The translations under genes and the position numbers were made by a program. The notes below the pieces were generated by a model, which saw only the letters and a program-made list of their open reading frames with translations, ran no database searches and had not been told where the DNA came from. Below are positions 9,030-21,204 of a stretch of DNA of 64,000 nt, piece by piece (position 1 is the stretch's first letter; every line of letters starts with the position of its first letter). This DNA is from an uncultured Chloroflexia bacterium. GTDB lineage: Bacteria > Chloroflexota > Limnocylindria > Limnocylindrales > CSP1-4. The stretch is from positions 256,001 to 320,000 of the forward strand of contig CAWHXD010000019.1 in NCBI GenBank assembly GCA_963833225.1. Direction: 5' to 3'.

Positions 9030-10001
9030 TCAGCGCTCCGGTGCGAGCGGTCCCCGGAGGCCGACCCAGTCTGGCAACGGCCGGTAGCCGAGCGCCATGT
9101 TCACCGCCCGCATCGGGGCGTTGTGCTCGTCATTGCCGGTGTCGAGCGCCTCGAGCCCGTGCTCCACGGCCCAGGCGATGGTGGCTCGCTTGAGCGCGGC
9201 GGCGATCCCGCGACCCCGGTACGCGCGCCGGACGGCGGTCATGTCGTGGTAGGCGATGGTCGTGCTCCCGGCCGCGTAGATCAGGCTCGCGTACCCCACG
9301 ACCTCGCCGGAGGCTTCGTCGAGGGCGATGAAGAACGCATCCCGGGGGATCCCGACACGATCCACGTCGCGCGCCGCGAACGCCTCGAGCGTCCCGACGT
9401 CGACCGGATCGTCGTCCGACGGGATGTCGGGGAACGCCTCCAGGGCCGTGGCGTGGACCCCGGGCACGAGGTCGGGGTGCGCCGCGAGGCTCTCGATGCG
9501 AACCCCTGCGGGCGCCCGGACCTCGGGCGGCGTGAGCCCGGCGAGGTCGAGCCGGACCATCTTGGCGCGGTCGGTCTCCGCGAAGCCGCGGTTGGCGAGG
9601 AACCGGTGCCCCGTCTCGTGGACCACCGAGAGCTCGGTGTCGAAGCCGGTCTTGCCGGCGGCCCTGGCCACGTCGCTGATCGTCGCATACAGCGCGGATC
9701 CCGTCCCTCGGTTGCGTGCCTCCGGCAGCACCCAGATCCCAAGCCAGAAGCGGGGGTAGACACGTTCGTGCATCCAGATCCGGCCCGTGCTCGCGGTCCC
9801 GACCGGCGTGCCGTCCGCTGCCTCCGCCAGGAAGTGGCTGATCTCGCCAGGGTAGGTCGCGATCTCCCAGCGCACGTTGTCGAGCGAATCAGTGTTCTCG
9901 GGGTCGACGGCGTTCCGGATCCGGACATAGGCCGCCAGGGATTCGTCATCTTCCGAGTCGATGGGCCGCACGACGGCCGCTCCGGCATCGAGTGATGACA
10001 T
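9030..10001 (-). CDS. Tandem-domain GNAT N-acetyltransferase
   Basis: Two acetyl-CoA motifs (VLPEARNRGTGSALY; VRRAYRGRGIAAALK) and NDEHNAPMRAVNMALGY; ATG at 10001. Confidence 0.85.
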   Translation of the reverse strand: MSSLDAGAAVVRPIDSEDDESLAAYVRIRNAVDPENTDSLDNVRWEIATYPGEISHFLAEAADGTPVGTASTGRIWMHERVYPRFWLGIWVLPEARNRGTGSALYATISDVARAAGKTGFDTELSVVHETGHRFLANRGFAETDRAKMVRLDLAGLTPPEVRAPAGVRIESLAAHPDLVPGVHATALEAFPDIPSDDDPVDVGTLEAFAARDVDRVGIPRDAFFIALDEASGEVVGYASLIYAAGSTTIAYHDMTAVRRAYRGRGIAAALKRATIAWAVEHGLEALDTGNDEHNAPMRAVNMALGYRPLPDWVGLRGPLAPER

Positions 10002-10006
10002 GGCGC

Positions 10007-10885
10007 CTACCCCAGCTCCGAGCGCAGCGGGCCGAACACGTCCCGGTGCGCATCCTCGAGACCCTGCGGCCCAAGACCGGCCGGGATCCCGACGATCATC
10101 TCGGTTGCCCCGGCGGCCGCGAGCGCGATGGCCTGGCGACGAGCGCGCACGCGATCGGCTGCATCGGGACCGGTGTGGACCTGGCCCACGATCGCGAACG
10201 TCGTCGGGTCGCGACCCGCCTCGTCCAGCGCCCGCAGGATGGCGTCGCGCTTCTCCCCGAAGTCGGCGGCGTTGCCCGCGTCGAACCCGGTCTGCAGCCA
10301 ACCGGCCGCCCGTTCCGCTGCCAGCCGGATCCCGCGTGGCTTCTGACCGCCGAGGTAGATCGGCGGACCGCCGGGGGTGAGCGGGGCGGGAGCGTTGACC
10401 GCCCCGGCAAGCGGGTAGAAGCGATCCGGGCGGGTGACACCCGGCGCGGCGGCCGCCCCGGGCGAGAACAGCGCCTGGAGCACCTCCACGGCGCTGATCA
10501 GCCGGTCGATCCGCTCGCCGATCGGCGGCAACGGGATCCCGAATGGCTCGTGCTCACCCTCGAACCAGCCGGCGCCGAGGCCAATGAGGAACCGGCCGCC
10601 GGTCGCGTGATCCAGCACGGTCGCCGCCTTGGCCAGCAGCACCGGGTGCCGGAACGTGTTCGACAGGACGCCGTGGCCCACGCGGAGGCCGGGCACGTGG
10701 TGAGCGAGCGTCGCCATCGTTGCGATCGCCTCGAGCGACGGCCCCGGAGCTTCCGGGTTCAGGTCCGTCAGGTGGTCGTTCATCCAGGCGCCGTCCCACC
10801 CGCCGAGCTCCCCGGCCAGCCGCCAGGTGGCGTCGAGCGTCGCCCAGTCGACGCGCTGGGGCGACGTCTTGAACGAGATGTGCAT
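10007..10885 (-). CDS. LLM-class (luciferase-like) flavin/F420-dependent oxidoreductase
   Basis: [48 protein letters not shown]. Confidence 0.88.
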   Translation of the reverse strand: MHISFKTSPQRVDWATLDATWRLAGELGGWDGAWMNDHLTDLNPEAPGPSLEAIATMATLAHHVPGLRVGHGVLSNTFRHPVLLAKAATVLDHATGGRFLIGLGAGWFEGEHEPFGIPLPPIGERIDRLISAVEVLQALFSPGAAAAPGVTRPDRFYPLAGAVNAPAPLTPGGPPIYLGGQKPRGIRLAAERAAGWLQTGFDAGNAADFGEKRDAILRALDEAGRDPTTFAIVGQVHTGPDAADRVRARRQAIALAAAGATEMIVGIPAGLGPQGLEDAHRDVFGPLRSELG

Positions 10886-10900
10886 CGAGCGGCGTGGCGG

Positions 10901-12660
10901 CTAGCGGTCGTCGCCGGAGCGGGCCGCCAGGGCCCGCCGCAGCGGAGCGCCGGACGTGATCGCACCCTCGGACGCGGACGACACCAGCGCCGCATACTTG
11001 GCCATCACGCCCGACGTGTAGCGCGGCGCGGGCGGGGACCAGCGCGCGCGGCGCTCGGCGAGCACGGCCTCGTCCACCTCGAGGTTGAGCTCGTGCGCGT
11101 CGACATCGACCGTGATCGATGTCGCCCTCCTCGACGAGGGCGATCGGCCCGCCCACGGCGGCCTCGGGGGCCACGTGCCCGAGCATCAGCCCATGCGTGC
11201 CGCCGGAGAAGCGGCCGTCCGTGAGCAGCGCGACGTGCTCGCCCAGCCCCTCGCCCACGAGCGCGCCGGTGACCGCAGAGCATCTCCTGCATGCCGGGGC
11301 CGCCCGACCGGTCCCTCGTAGCGGATGACGACGACGTCGCCCTGGTGACGATCTTCCGCTCGCGGACGGCGGCGAAGCACTCGACCTCGGAGTCGAAGAC
11401 GCGGGCCGGGCCGCGGTGATGGCGTCGCTCGTGGCCGGCCAGCTTCACGATCGACCCCTCCGGCGCCAGGCTGCCCTTGAGGATCGCGTGGCCGCCGCTC
11501 GCCTTGATCGGCGTCTCGATCGGGTGGACCACCTGCTGGCCGGGCGTCTCGACGACGTCGGCGGCGATCTTGCGCGATCGTGCGTCCATCGACGGTCTTC
11601 TGGTCGCCGTGGAGCAGGTCGCGCTTGAGCAGCTCGCGCATGACCAGCGCGACGCCGCCAGCCGTCGTACATGTCGGCCGCCGCGTACCGGCCGCCGGGC
11701 CGCATGTCGGCGATCAGCGGGGTCCGGTCGACGACCGCCGAGAAATCGTCGAGCGTGAAGGGGATGCCGAAGTCGGCGGCGATGGCGGGCAGGTGGAGGG
11801 CGGCGTTGGTGCTGCCGCCGGTGGCCGAGACGGAGGCGATCGCGTTCTCCAGCGACTCGCGGGTGACGATCGGACGACGGCCGGATGTCGTGGTGGACGA
11901 GCGTCATGACCAGCTCGCCCGCCCGTCGCGCCGCCGCCTCCTTCTCGGGCGCCTCGGCCGGGATCCCGTTGAGGCCGGCCGGGGACAGGCCCAGGAACTC
12001 CATCACCGTGGACATCGTGTTGGCCGTGAACTGGCCGCCGCAGGCACCGGCGCCCGGGCAGGCGCCGTTCTCCGCCTCGTACAGCTCGTCGAGCGTGATC
12101 TTGCCCGCCCGGTAGGCGCCGATCGCCTCGAACACCGTCACCACGTCGGCCGGCTTGCCCTTGTAGGTGCCGGGCATGATCGTGCCGTTGTAGAGGACGA
12201 GGCCCGGGATGTCGAGGCGGCCGAGGGCCATGGCGCCGGCCGGGATGGTCTTGTCGCAGCCGACCAGGACGACGAGGCCGTCGAACAGGTGGCCGCGGGC
12301 GACGAGCTCGATCGAGTCGGCGATCACCTCGCGGGACATGAGGCTGGCCTTCATGCCCTCGGTGCCCATCGACACGCCGTCGCTGACGGAGATCGTTCCG
12401 AACTCCATCGGCGTGCCGCCGGCCGCCCGGATCCCCTCCTTGACGAACTCCGCCAGCCGCCGCTGGTTGAGGTTGCAGGGCATCGTCTCGATCCAGGTCG
12501 TCGCGACGCCGATGATCGGCTGGGCCAGGTCCTCGTCGGTGAAGCCGACGGCCTTGAGCATCGCCCGGGCCGCGGCGCGGTCGGGGCCGTCGGTGAGCGC
12601 GTGGCTGTGGCGCTTGCCGGGGTCGGTGGGGCGCGAGTAAGGGAGCGGGCGGTCTGCCAT
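10901..12660 (-). CDS. ilvD: Dihydroxy-acid dehydratase (about 7 apparent frameshifts between ~11100 and ~11885)
   Basis: [57 protein letters not shown]. Downstream motifs ([55 protein letters not shown]) are spread over different frames. Confidence 0.9.
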
Positions 12661-12704
12661 GGGATCCTCGGAGGGCGTGACGGCGGGTCTGAATCTGCGC
12701 CCGA

Positions 12705-14390
12705 CTAGGGTACGGCGGGCAGCGCCACCCACGCTTCGACAATCGCGCGCAACGTCTGCAGGGCCACCGCGCCACTGCCCAGCACGGTGTCGTGGAACGC
12801 CCGGATGTCGAACGCGTCCCCGAGCCGCTCCCGGGCCTCGGCGCGCAGGCGGAGCAGCTCCATCTGGCCGGCCTTGTACGAGAGGGCCTGGCCCGGCAGG
12901 ACGATGTAGCGGTCCACCTCGTTGACGACGTTGTTCTCGGCCAGGACGGTGTGATCGACCATGAACTCGATCGCCTGCCGCCGGGTCCAGCCGAGCGCGT
13001 GCATCCCGGTGTCAACGACCAGCCGCGACGCGCGCCAGGCGTCGAACGAGAGGACGCCGATGCGATCCACGTCGCCGGAGTAGAGGCCCATCTCGTCGGC
13101 CAGCCGCTCGACGTACAGACCCCAGCCCTCGAAGAACGCGTTGGGTCCCAGGTGGCGGCGGAACGCCGGCAGGCCCGGCAGCTCCTGGGCGATCGCGATC
13201 TGGAGGTGGTGCCCCGGGATGGCCTCGTGGTAGGCGAGGGCCTCCGCCTCGTACCGGGGACGGGTCTCGGGATGAGCGGTGTTGATGTGGTACTGGCCCG
13301 GACGCGAGCCATCGCCGGCCGGTGACCGGTAGTACGCGATCGTGGAATGCTCCTCCTCGTGCGGTCCCATGCGGACGACCTCGCATCGCGCCTGCGGGAG
13401 CCGCCCGAACCAGTCGGGGATGGCCGCCTCGGCCCGGGCGAGCGAAGCGGCGGCCTTGGCGGCCACCTCGTCGCCGGTGGTGAAGTGCAGCGCCGGATCG
13501 CTCCGGATGGCGGCCGTCGCCTCCAGCCGGCTCTTGCTGCCGAGGACTCGCCCCGCCAGCGTCTCGATCTCGGCGTCGATCCGCTCGATCTCGGCCAGCC
13601 CCACGCGGTGGAGCTCCTCGGGCGCGGTGTCGAGCGAGGTGTGCATCCGCACGAGCCGGCGGTAGGCCGTGTCGCCGCCGGGCAGGTGGCACATGCCCGG
13701 GCGATCGTCGGGGCGGGCCGCGGGCCGGATCTCCTCCGCCAGCACGTCGTGCAGGCGAGCGAACGCCGGGCGGATCTCGTCGCGGATCGCTGCCTCGACG
13801 CCTGGCACCGGGACCATGAGCGGCCACTCGGCGTCCGGTCGCGCCAGCTGGTCCGCCAGGATGTCGATCACCCGGTCGACGGGGGAGCTGCTGGCCACGA
13901 GACCGTCCGCGAGGCTGTGCCGCAGGTTGGCGATGTGGTCGTCCACGAATGGGGCCATCGCGCGCCACCGCTGAAGCAGGGCCTCGCGGTCCGCCGGCGT
14001 CCTCAGTGGCTGGTAGTCGGCGGTGTTGAGCAGCTGGACCGGGATGCCGTCGAGCGCGTCGACGTTCCAGGCCACGACCCCGGTGTCGAGCAGCGTGAGC
14101 TGCTCCTCGATCGATTCCCGGAGCGCGGACCGGGTGATCGCGTCGCCAGCCGTGGTTCCGTCGGCAGCGGCGGAGGCGGCGCGGGTCCCGGGCAGGGCGT
14201 CGAGGCGGGCGAGGAGTCGGGCGAAGCCTGCCCGGGCGGCGCGCCGGCCGTCCGGCGAGCGATCCGGGAGCCGGCCGTCGAACCCTGGCTCGCCGAGCGC
14301 GGTGGCGTGCTGGGGCTCCGTTTCGAGATAGGCCAGCCAGAAGTCGGCGGCCAGCGAGTCAAGGGCGGTGGTGGAGTCGAGGTTCGTCAT
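12705..14390 (-). CDS. DUF885-family protein (metallopeptidase-like)
   Basis: [51 protein letters not shown]; ATG at 14390. Confidence 0.85.
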   Translation of the reverse strand: MTNLDSTTALDSLAADFWLAYLETEPQHATALGEPGFDGRLPDRSPDGRRAARAGFARLLARLDALPGTRAASAAADGTTAGDAITRSALRESIEEQLTLLDTGVVAWNVDALDGIPVQLLNTADYQPLRTPADREALLQRWRAMAPFVDDHIANLRHSLADGLVASSSPVDRVIDILADQLARPDAEWPLMVPVPGVEAAIRDEIRPAFARLHDVLAEEIRPAARPDDRPGMCHLPGGDTAYRRLVRMHTSLDTAPEELHRVGLAEIERIDAEIETLAGRVLGSKSRLEATAAIRSDPALHFTTGDEVAAKAAASLARAEAAIPDWFGRLPQARCEVVRMGPHEEEHSTIAYYRSPAGDGSRPGQYHINTAHPETRPRYEAEALAYHEAIPGHHLQIAIAQELPGLPAFRRHLGPNAFFEGWGLYVERLADEMGLYSGDVDRIGVLSFDAWRASRLVVDTGMHALGWTRRQAIEFMVDHTVLAENNVVNEVDRYIVLPGQALSYKAGQMELLRLRAEARERLGDAFDIRAFHDTVLGSGAVALQTLRAIVEAWVALPAVP

Positions 14391-14430
14391 CAGCGCCCAT
14401 CGTAGTCGCGGCGAGCCGGTGGGCGACGGG

Positions 14431-15612
14431 TCAGCGGAGGCAGGGGCCGAGGTTGACGCCGGCCGTCCGTCCCACCGCCGGCTCGACGAGCTTCCAGACG
14501 GGGGCGGGCGCCAGCGCATAGCCCACCGTCTGGTCGGTCTTCGACTCGGCGAACACCACGCCGCCAACCGATCCGTCGGGGAGGACCAGCGGCCCGCCCG
14601 AGTCCCCGGGCTCGATGGCGGCACGGAGCTCGAGCACGTCACGAGTCACCCGGTCGGTGCCGTAGATGTCACGGCCGGTGGCGGCATAGGCGCCTGACAC
14701 GCCGGCGGCGATCACCGCGAGCGGACCGCCACCCGCGTACCCCAGGGCCGCGCCCTGCGTGCCACGGACGGGCGACTCGAGCGCGAGGTGGAGCACGGGA
14801 CCGTCGACCTGGGGGGCGAGGAGGAGGGCCACGTCGAGGACCGGGTCGAACAGGACGACGGTTGCGTCGGCGACGCCGTTGCCGGTCGAGACGCGGACCG
14901 TGCTGCCGCCGGCGACCACGTGGGCATTGGTGAGGAGGTATCCGGGCGCCACGAGGAACGCGGTGCCAGTGACCTGGCGGTCGCATGCCCGGGTCACGAC
15001 CCGGGCCGTCGCGTCCACGGCCACCCCGGCGATCTTGCGGGCCCGCGGGTCGCTCGGCGTGTCCACGGCCTGGAGCGGGATCGGCTCGAGGCCAACGAAC
15101 ACGTCGGGCAGGCCAGAGTCGTCGAGCGCCTTGGCGATATCCCCGATGACCTCGGTGGGCGCCGGCAGGACCCGGTCCAGGGTCCGGATCGCCACCGATG
15201 TCGAGGCCGTCTGGGCGAGACGCGGGAAGGGGCTCAGGATCATCAGGCCCCCGGCCAGCCAGATGATCAGCACCGCCTGGGCCGCCCCGACGACGCCACC
15301 GGCAAGCCGGTCCATGCCCGAGAGCACGCCCTCGCCAAGTCGGTCGGCCACGGCCCGGCCGATCGCGGAGCCGAGCGCCTCGCCGGCGATCACCGCCAGC
15401 AGGATCGCGCCCAGCACGGCGAGCGCCCTCGGGATGGGCTCCAGGCCCGTGGTCAGGTCGACCAGCCAGGGCGTGAGGTTGAGGATTGCGAACAGGCCGG
15501 CCACGGCTCCACCGATCCCGCCGATCTGCGGCAGCGCGCCGGTCCTGGTGCCGGCCAGGATGGCCAGGAACAGGACCAGGATGGCGATGAGGTCGAGCAG
15601 GTTGAGATCCAC
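14431..15612 (-). CDS. MarP-type membrane serine protease (CvpA-like TM domain + trypsin-like domain)
   Basis: Four N-terminal TM segments; LTNAHVV, DVALL, PGDSGGPL catalytic triad motifs. Confidence 0.87.
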   Translation of the reverse strand: MDLNLLDLIAILVLFLAILAGTRTGALPQIGGIGGAVAGLFAILNLTPWLVDLTTGLEPIPRALAVLGAILLAVIAGEALGSAIGRAVADRLGEGVLSGMDRLAGGVVGAAQAVLIIWLAGGLMILSPFPRLAQTASTSVAIRTLDRVLPAPTEVIGDIAKALDDSGLPDVFVGLEPIPLQAVDTPSDPRARKIAGVAVDATARVVTRACDRQVTGTAFLVAPGYLLTNAHVVAGGSTVRVSTGNGVADATVVLFDPVLDVALLLAPQVDGPVLHLALESPVRGTQGAALGYAGGGPLAVIAAGVSGAYAATGRDIYGTDRVTRDVLELRAAIEPGDSGGPLVLPDGSVGGVVFAESKTDQTVGYALAPAPVWKLVEPAVGRTAGVNLGPCLR

Positions 15613-15619
15613 GTGACGG

Positions 15620-16252
15620 TCAGCCCGCGAGCGCGGTCCCGAGGCGCGTGTCGACTCGAGGCTCGTGGGCGGCCTCCCACGCGCTGATCTCGGCCTCCTT
15701 GCCCATCACGTAGCCGATCTCGTCCGTGCCGGCCAGCAGCATCATCTTGTTGAACGCGTCGATCTCGAAGTCCAGCGTCGAGCCGTCCGGGAGCAGGATC
15801 CCCTGTTCGGCGAGGTCGACGCGGATCTCGGCGTCCGGGTCCGCGGCAACCATCTCGAACAACGCCGCGTGGGTCGCCGGGTCCACCACGATGGGCAGCA
15901 CGCCGTTCTTGAGCGCGTTGTTCCGGAAGATGTCCGCGAAGCCGGTCGACAGGATCGCCCCGATGCCCCAGCTGCGGAGGGCCCACGGGGCGTGCTCGCG
16001 GCTGCTCCCGGTCCCGAAGTTGTCACCCACGAGCAGGACCCGGCGGCCCTGCATCTCCGGCCGGTCGAGGATCCAGGGCGGATCCTTCTTCGTGCCGTCC
16101 TCGTTGAACCGGTAGTCGCGGAACAGCGCGTCGGCGAGGCCCTCCTTGTCGGTGACCTTGAGGTAGCGGGCGGGGACGATCTGGTCGGTGTCCACGTTTT
16201 CGGCCTGGAGCGGGATGATCCGGCTCGTGAACGCGCGGATGGGTTCGGCCAT
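15620..16252 (-). CDS. leuD: 3-isopropylmalate dehydratase small subunit
   Basis: NVDTDQIVPARYLK, NFGTGSSREHAPWAL, FADIFRNNALKNG. Confidence 0.96.
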   Translation of the reverse strand: MAEPIRAFTSRIIPLQAENVDTDQIVPARYLKVTDKEGLADALFRDYRFNEDGTKKDPPWILDRPEMQGRRVLLVGDNFGTGSSREHAPWALRSWGIGAILSTGFADIFRNNALKNGVLPIVVDPATHAALFEMVAADPDAEIRVDLAEQGILLPDGSTLDFEIDAFNKMMLLAGTDEIGYVMGKEAEISAWEAAHEPRVDTRLGTALAG

Positions 16253-16255
16253 GGC

Positions 16256-17698
16256 TCAGTACCCCCCGCCGACAGTGACCAGGTCCTCGACGCCAGGCAG
16301 CGTGCGCGGATCGGTGACGACGCCGGTGATCGCCGAGGCGGCCGCGGTCAGCGGGCTGGCGAGGAACGTCCGGCCCCCCTTGCCCTGGCGGCCCTCGAAG
16401 TTGCGGTTGGACGTGCTGACCGCGTACTGCCCGGGTGACAGCTGGTCCCCGTTCATCGCGATGCACATCGAGCAGCCGGCCTCGCGCCACTCGGCGCCGG
16501 CGGCCCGGAAGATCTCGTCGAGGCCCTCGCGCTCGGCCTGGGCCTTCACCTGCTGCGAGCCCGGCACGATCATCACCCGGGTCCCGTCGTGGACCCGGCG
16601 GTCCTTGAGCACGCTCGCGGCCAGGCGGAGATCGCTGATCCGGCTGTTGGTGCAGCTGCCGATGAACACCACGTCGACCGGCTGGCCGGCGATGGGCTGG
16701 CCCGGGGTCAGGCCCATGTATTCGAGCGCGCGCTCGAGGCCGCGACGGGCGCCCGGGTCCTCGGCATCCTCCGGACGCGGGACGCGTGCGGTCACCGGGA
16801 TGCCCATGCCCGGGTTGTTGCCGTAGGTGACCATCGGCTCGAGAGAGGACGCATCGAGCACGATCGACTTGTCGAAGGTTGCTCCGTCGTCCGTTGGCAG
16901 CGTGCGCCATCCGGCCACGGCAGCGTCCCAGGCCGCGCCCTGCGGCGCGTGGCGGCGGCCGCGGATGTACTCGAAGGTCGTGTCGTCGGGCGCGACCAGC
17001 CCGGCCCGCGCCCCGCCCTCGATGCTCATGTTGCAGATCGTCATCCGCTGTTCCATGTTCAGCGCCCGGATCGCCTCGCCCCGGAACTCGAACACGTGCC
17101 CGGTGCCACCGCCGATGCCGATCCGGGCGATGAGCGCGAGGATGATGTCCTTGGCGCTGACGCCGGGGCCCAGGGTGCCGTCCACCCGGACCTCGTACGT
17201 CTTCGGGCGGCGCTGGAGCAGGGTCTGGGTGGCGAGGACCATCTCGACCTCGCTGGTGCCGATCCCGAACGCGAGCGCCCCGAAGGCGCCGTGGGTCGCG
17301 GTGTGGGAGTCGCCGCACACGATCGTCATCCCCGGCTGGGTGAGGCCCAGCTCGGGGCCGATGACGTGGACGATGCCCTGCGTGTCGCTGCCGAAGGCGT
17401 GGATCGGGATGCCGAAGTCCGCGCAGTTGGTCTCGAGCTGCCGGATCTGCGCCGCGGCCTGCATGTCCACCATCGGCAGGTTGCGCGGGGTCGTCGGCGT
17501 GCCGTGGTCGGCGGTGGCCACCGTCCTGTCCGGCCTGCGGACCACGGCGCCGCGAGTCCGGAGTCCGGTGAACGCCTGGGGGCTGGTCACCTCGTGGACA
17601 AGGTGAAGGTCGACCGCGAGGACGGCCGGAGCGCCCGGGTCCTCGGTGACAACGTGCTCGTCCCAGATCTTCTCGACAAGGGTTCTCGGGTGGGTCAT
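16256..17698 (-). CDS. leuC: 3-isopropylmalate dehydratase large subunit
   Basis: [63 protein letters not shown]; ATG at 17698. Confidence 0.96.
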   Translation of the reverse strand: MTHPRTLVEKIWDEHVVTEDPGAPAVLAVDLHLVHEVTSPQAFTGLRTRGAVVRRPDRTVATADHGTPTTPRNLPMVDMQAAAQIRQLETNCADFGIPIHAFGSDTQGIVHVIGPELGLTQPGMTIVCGDSHTATHGAFGALAFGIGTSEVEMVLATQTLLQRRPKTYEVRVDGTLGPGVSAKDIILALIARIGIGGGTGHVFEFRGEAIRALNMEQRMTICNMSIEGGARAGLVAPDDTTFEYIRGRRHAPQGAAWDAAVAGWRTLPTDDGATFDKSIVLDASSLEPMVTYGNNPGMGIPVTARVPRPEDAEDPGARRGLERALEYMGLTPGQPIAGQPVDVVFIGSCTNSRISDLRLAASVLKDRRVHDGTRVMIVPGSQQVKAQAEREGLDEIFRAAGAEWREAGCSMCIAMNGDQLSPGQYAVSTSNRNFEGRQGKGGRTFLASPLTAAASAITGVVTDPRTLPGVEDLVTVGGGY

Positions 17699-18000
17699 GA
17701 CGGCGGGCGCTCTGCTGCGGTGAAGGCGGCCACAGGGTACCAGCGGTCCGGCCGATGGCGGTCTCGTGGACCCGGCTTGGTCCGGCCGGTACTTCTGGGG
17801 CGTGGTTCCGGCCGGCACCGTTCGGGTACAAGTCGGATCAGCCAGCCGACGTCGGACCGGCCGCGTCCGGGCGATCGGAACTTGCCGTCGGGCTCCAAGG
17901 AGTCGCTTTGACCGAGCCGGGCCGGGGGTCGACCCAGTTCCGTGCGCGCGCACCCGCCGAGGGCCGCCTCGCCACGGGCGCGCTCGGGGCGCCCCTGCGC

Positions 18001-20583
18001 ATGATCATCCGCATGCCGGCCTGGCTGAGGCTGTGGTCCTTCAACGGGCTCCTGGCCGGTCTCGCCGCTCTCCTGTTCTTCGGGTTCCTGGTGGGCCAGG
18101 ATGCCTTCGGCTCGCCCGTGCACGTCCCCTGGTATGTCATGGCGGTGGCGTTCTTTGCCGCGGAGCTCAAGGTCGTCGACGTCCACTTCCGGCGCGAGAA
18201 GCACTCGTTCACGCTGAGCGAGGTTCCCGCGGTCGTCGGGTTCTTCGTCCTGACCCCCTCGGAGTACCTCCTCGCGATGCTGGTCGGGACCAGCTTCGCG
18301 CTCCTCCTCGACCGGCAGTCGCCGCCCAAGTTCGTCTTCAACCTCTCGGCGTACGCGGCGAGCGCGACGGTCGGGCTCACGGTGTTCCGCATCGTGGCAA
18401 CCCCGGGCGGTGCTCCCGATCCGTTCGACTGGGTCGCCGCGTTCGCGGCCACGTCGGCGGCCACGATCGTCATCTCCGGCTCCATCGCGACGGCCATCAC
18501 CGTGTCGGACGGTGCGCCGCAGTTCCAGAAGCTTCCGGAGATGATCCAGTTCGGGCTCCTGGTGGCCATCGCCAACACCAGCCTCGCCCTGCTGGCGGCC
18601 GCCTTCCTGTGGAGCGACCCGCGGCTGCTGTCGCTCCTGGTCGTGCCGCTGGTGGTCGTCTTCCTCGCCTACCGCGCATACGCCTCCGAGCGCGAGAAGC
18701 ACGAGCGGCTGGAGCTCCTCTACCAGTCCAGCCGGATCCTCCAGCACTCGCCCGAGCTGGACTCGGCCCTCGCCGCCCTCCTGGAGAACGCCCGCGAGAT
18801 GTTCCGGGCCGAGCGGGCCGAGATCGTGCTGTGGCCCCGTGATGGCGGCGAGGAGGGCCTGCTGACGGTGGCCCGCCATGACGCGCCACCGGAGGTGATG
18901 CAGCCGGTGATCATGTCCGCGATCGATCCCCTCCACCGGCGCATCGGCCTCGAGCGCCGGGCCTTCCTCCACGTCTCGGCGACCAGGGACCTCGATCCGA
19001 TCCGGCATGCGATGGCGGTCCCGCTGTTCGGCGAGTCGGGCCTGATCGGGTCGATCGTGATCGCCAACCGGCTCACCGAGGCCACGACCTTTGGCATCGC
19101 CGACCTCCGGCTGCTCGAGACGCTGGCCAACCAGTCCGCGGTCGCCCTCGAGAACGGCCAGCTGGAGCAGTCGCTCAGCGAGCTGTCGCGACTCAAAGAG
19201 GAGCTTCGATACCAGGCGTACCACGACTCGCTCACGGGTCTTGCCAACCGGAGCCTGTTCGTCGGCCGGGTTGACCAGGCCCTCACGGGGGCACGCCCCG
19301 GCGAGATGCCGGCGGTGCTGTTCCTCGACCTCGACAACTTCAAGGATGTGAATGACACCCTCGGCCACGCCGCCGGCGACCAGCTCCTCGTGGCCGTGGC
19401 CGAGCGAGTGCGGTCCTGCGTCCGGGCGAGCGACGTTCCGGCGCGGCTCGGCGGCGACGAATTCGCCGTCCTCGTGGATGACGCTCCGGGCCTCGCGCGC
19501 AGCCAGGCGGTGGCCAGGCGCCTGATCGAGTCGCTGGCGACCACCTTCCCCGTCGAGGGCCACGACCTGAAGATCTCGGCCAGCATCGGCATCGCCGCCG
19601 GCCAGGGCGCAGCGCAGGGGCCGGACGACCTGCTCCGCAACGCCGACGTGGCGATGTACACCGCCAAGCAGGCCGGCAAGAACCGGTTCGCGGTGTTCGA
19701 GCCCACCATGCATGCCGCGATCGTGGCCCGTCATGCGCTGTCGAGCGAGCTCTCGCGCGGAATCTCGGACGGCGAGATCGTCGTCTACTTCCAGCCCGTG
19801 ATCACCCTTGCGACGGGCACCACCTACGGCGCCGAGGCCCTCGCGCGCTGGCGGCATCCGGTCCGGGGCATCGTGGAGCCGGACGACTTCATCCCGCTCG
19901 CGGAGGAGAGTGGCGCGATCATCCCGCTCGGAAGGGCTGTCCTGTTCGAGGCCTGCCGCCAGGCGGCGGTCTGGCGAGCGGGAACCGGCGGCCCGCTGAT
20001 CCTGAGCGTCAACCTGTCCGCGGCCCAGCTGGGCCGCGAGGACTTCGTCGACGACCTCAAGGACATCCTCCGCGCGACCGGGCTGTCGGCCAACCGCCTG
20101 GTGCTGGAGATGACCGAGACCGTCATGTTCCATGACACGCAGACCACGATCGCTCGCCTCACCGCCCTCCGGGAGCTGGGGGTGCGGGTCGCGATCGACG
20201 ACTTCGGGACGGGCTACTCGTCGCTTGGCTACCTGCGCCGCTTCCCGGTCGACATCCTCAAGATCGCGAAGGAGTTCATCGTCGGGGCAGGCGGTGGTCC
20301 CGATGGGTGGGCATTCGCGCACTCCATCGTCGCGCTTGGCCGGACGCTCGGGCTTCAGATCATCGCCGAGGGGATCGAAGAGGAGGCCCAGCTGGAGCAG
20401 CTGCGTGAGCTGGGCTGCGAGCTTGGGCAGGGGTTCCTGTTCGCTCGCCCGATGCCCGGCGACGATGTCGCCCGGATCTTCGCCGGCGCGCCGTCGTCGG
20501 GTGGGGACCCGGACAAGGCCGCTTGGGTTGCCGGGTGTCCTTCGACGACAACCGCGCTGGACGTCTCGATAGTCGCGAGGTGA
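18001..20583 (+). CDS. Membrane-sensor/GAF/GGDEF/EAL bifunctional c-di-GMP turnover protein
   Basis: Multi-TM N-terminus, GAF-like segment, [10 protein letters not shown], intact RASD I-site and [34 protein letters not shown]. Start 18001 or 18013. Confidence 0.92.
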   Translation: MIIRMPAWLRLWSFNGLLAGLAALLFFGFLVGQDAFGSPVHVPWYVMAVAFFAAELKVVDVHFRREKHSFTLSEVPAVVGFFVLTPSEYLLAMLVGTSFALLLDRQSPPKFVFNLSAYAASATVGLTVFRIVATPGGAPDPFDWVAAFAATSAATIVISGSIATAITVSDGAPQFQKLPEMIQFGLLVAIANTSLALLAAAFLWSDPRLLSLLVVPLVVVFLAYRAYASEREKHERLELLYQSSRILQHSPELDSALAALLENAREMFRAERAEIVLWPRDGGEEGLLTVARHDAPPEVMQPVIMSAIDPLHRRIGLERRAFLHVSATRDLDPIRHAMAVPLFGESGLIGSIVIANRLTEATTFGIADLRLLETLANQSAVALENGQLEQSLSELSRLKEELRYQAYHDSLTGLANRSLFVGRVDQALTGARPGEMPAVLFLDLDNFKDVNDTLGHAAGDQLLVAVAERVRSCVRASDVPARLGGDEFAVLVDDAPGLARSQAVARRLIESLATTFPVEGHDLKISASIGIAAGQGAAQGPDDLLRNADVAMYTAKQAGKNRFAVFEPTMHAAIVARHALSSELSRGISDGEIVVYFQPVITLATGTTYGAEALARWRHPVRGIVEPDDFIPLAEESGAIIPLGRAVLFEACRQAAVWRAGTGGPLILSVNLSAAQLGREDFVDDLKDILRATGLSANRLVLEMTETVMFHDTQTTIARLTALRELGVRVAIDDFGTGYSSLGYLRRFPVDILKIAKEFIVGAGGGPDGWAFAHSIVALGRTLGLQIIAEGIEEEAQLEQLRELGCELGQGFLFARPMPGDDVARIFAGAPSSGGDPDKAAWVAGCPSTTTALDVSIVAR

Positions 20584-20587
20584 CCGC

Positions 20588-21169
20588 ATGTTCATGATCT
20601 ACTCGGTGCTCATCGGGCTGGTCGCGGGGGCTGCCGTCGGAGGCCGGCTGAGCGGCCTCGCGACGCTCGAGTTCCGGTGGGCACCCGCGATCATCGCCGG
20701 CCTGCTCATCCAGGTCCTGCTGTTCAGCAACCCGATCGCCGAACGGATCGGCGACCTGGGGCCCGCGGTCTACGTCGGCTCGACGCTGCTGGTGCTCGCC
20801 GCCGTCGCCCGCAATGCCGGCATCCGCGGCATGCCGGTGGTGGTGGTCGGGGCCGCGAGCAACGTCGTCGCGATCCTGGCCAACGGGGGGTTCATGCCCG
20901 CGAGCCAGGGGGCACTCGCGGCCCTCGGCAAGTCGGCGCCCGTCATCTATTCGAACAGCTCCGTGGTCGAACAGCCCGCCCTGTGGCCGCTGACGGACAT
21001 CTTCGCGCTGCCGACCTGGGTGCCCGGAGCCAACATCTTCAGCGTCGGCGACGTCCTGATCGGGATCGGGATCGGGGCCACGATCGTCATGGCGATGCGG
21101 GGCGTGGCGGCCGCCCGGACCGGGGCCGACCCTGGTGAATCGCGAATGGCCGGTGCGCCCGGGCACTGA
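20588..21169 (+). CDS. DUF5317-like membrane protein (candidate LspA-like aspartic peptidase)
   Basis: GGRLSGL, ANGGFMP, LTDIF and IFSVGDVLI motifs recognised as typical of DUF5317; 4 bp after the GGDEF-EAL stop. Confidence 0.8.
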   Translation: MFMIYSVLIGLVAGAAVGGRLSGLATLEFRWAPAIIAGLLIQVLLFSNPIAERIGDLGPAVYVGSTLLVLAAVARNAGIRGMPVVVVGAASNVVAILANGGFMPASQGALAALGKSAPVIYSNSSVVEQPALWPLTDIFALPTWVPGANIFSVGDVLIGIGIGATIVMAMRGVAAARTGADPGESRMAGAPGH

Positions 21170-21204
21170 CCCGACCGGATACCGGGGATCACCCATCCGG
21201 GTGG

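Noticed and set aside
17695-20595. 966-aa antisense ORF, and many similar long shadow ORFs (e.g. 21761-24022, 25425-27278, 43668-45827)
   Set aside because: They lie opposite well-supported genes, have no recognisable motifs, and are expected from high-GC codon bias.
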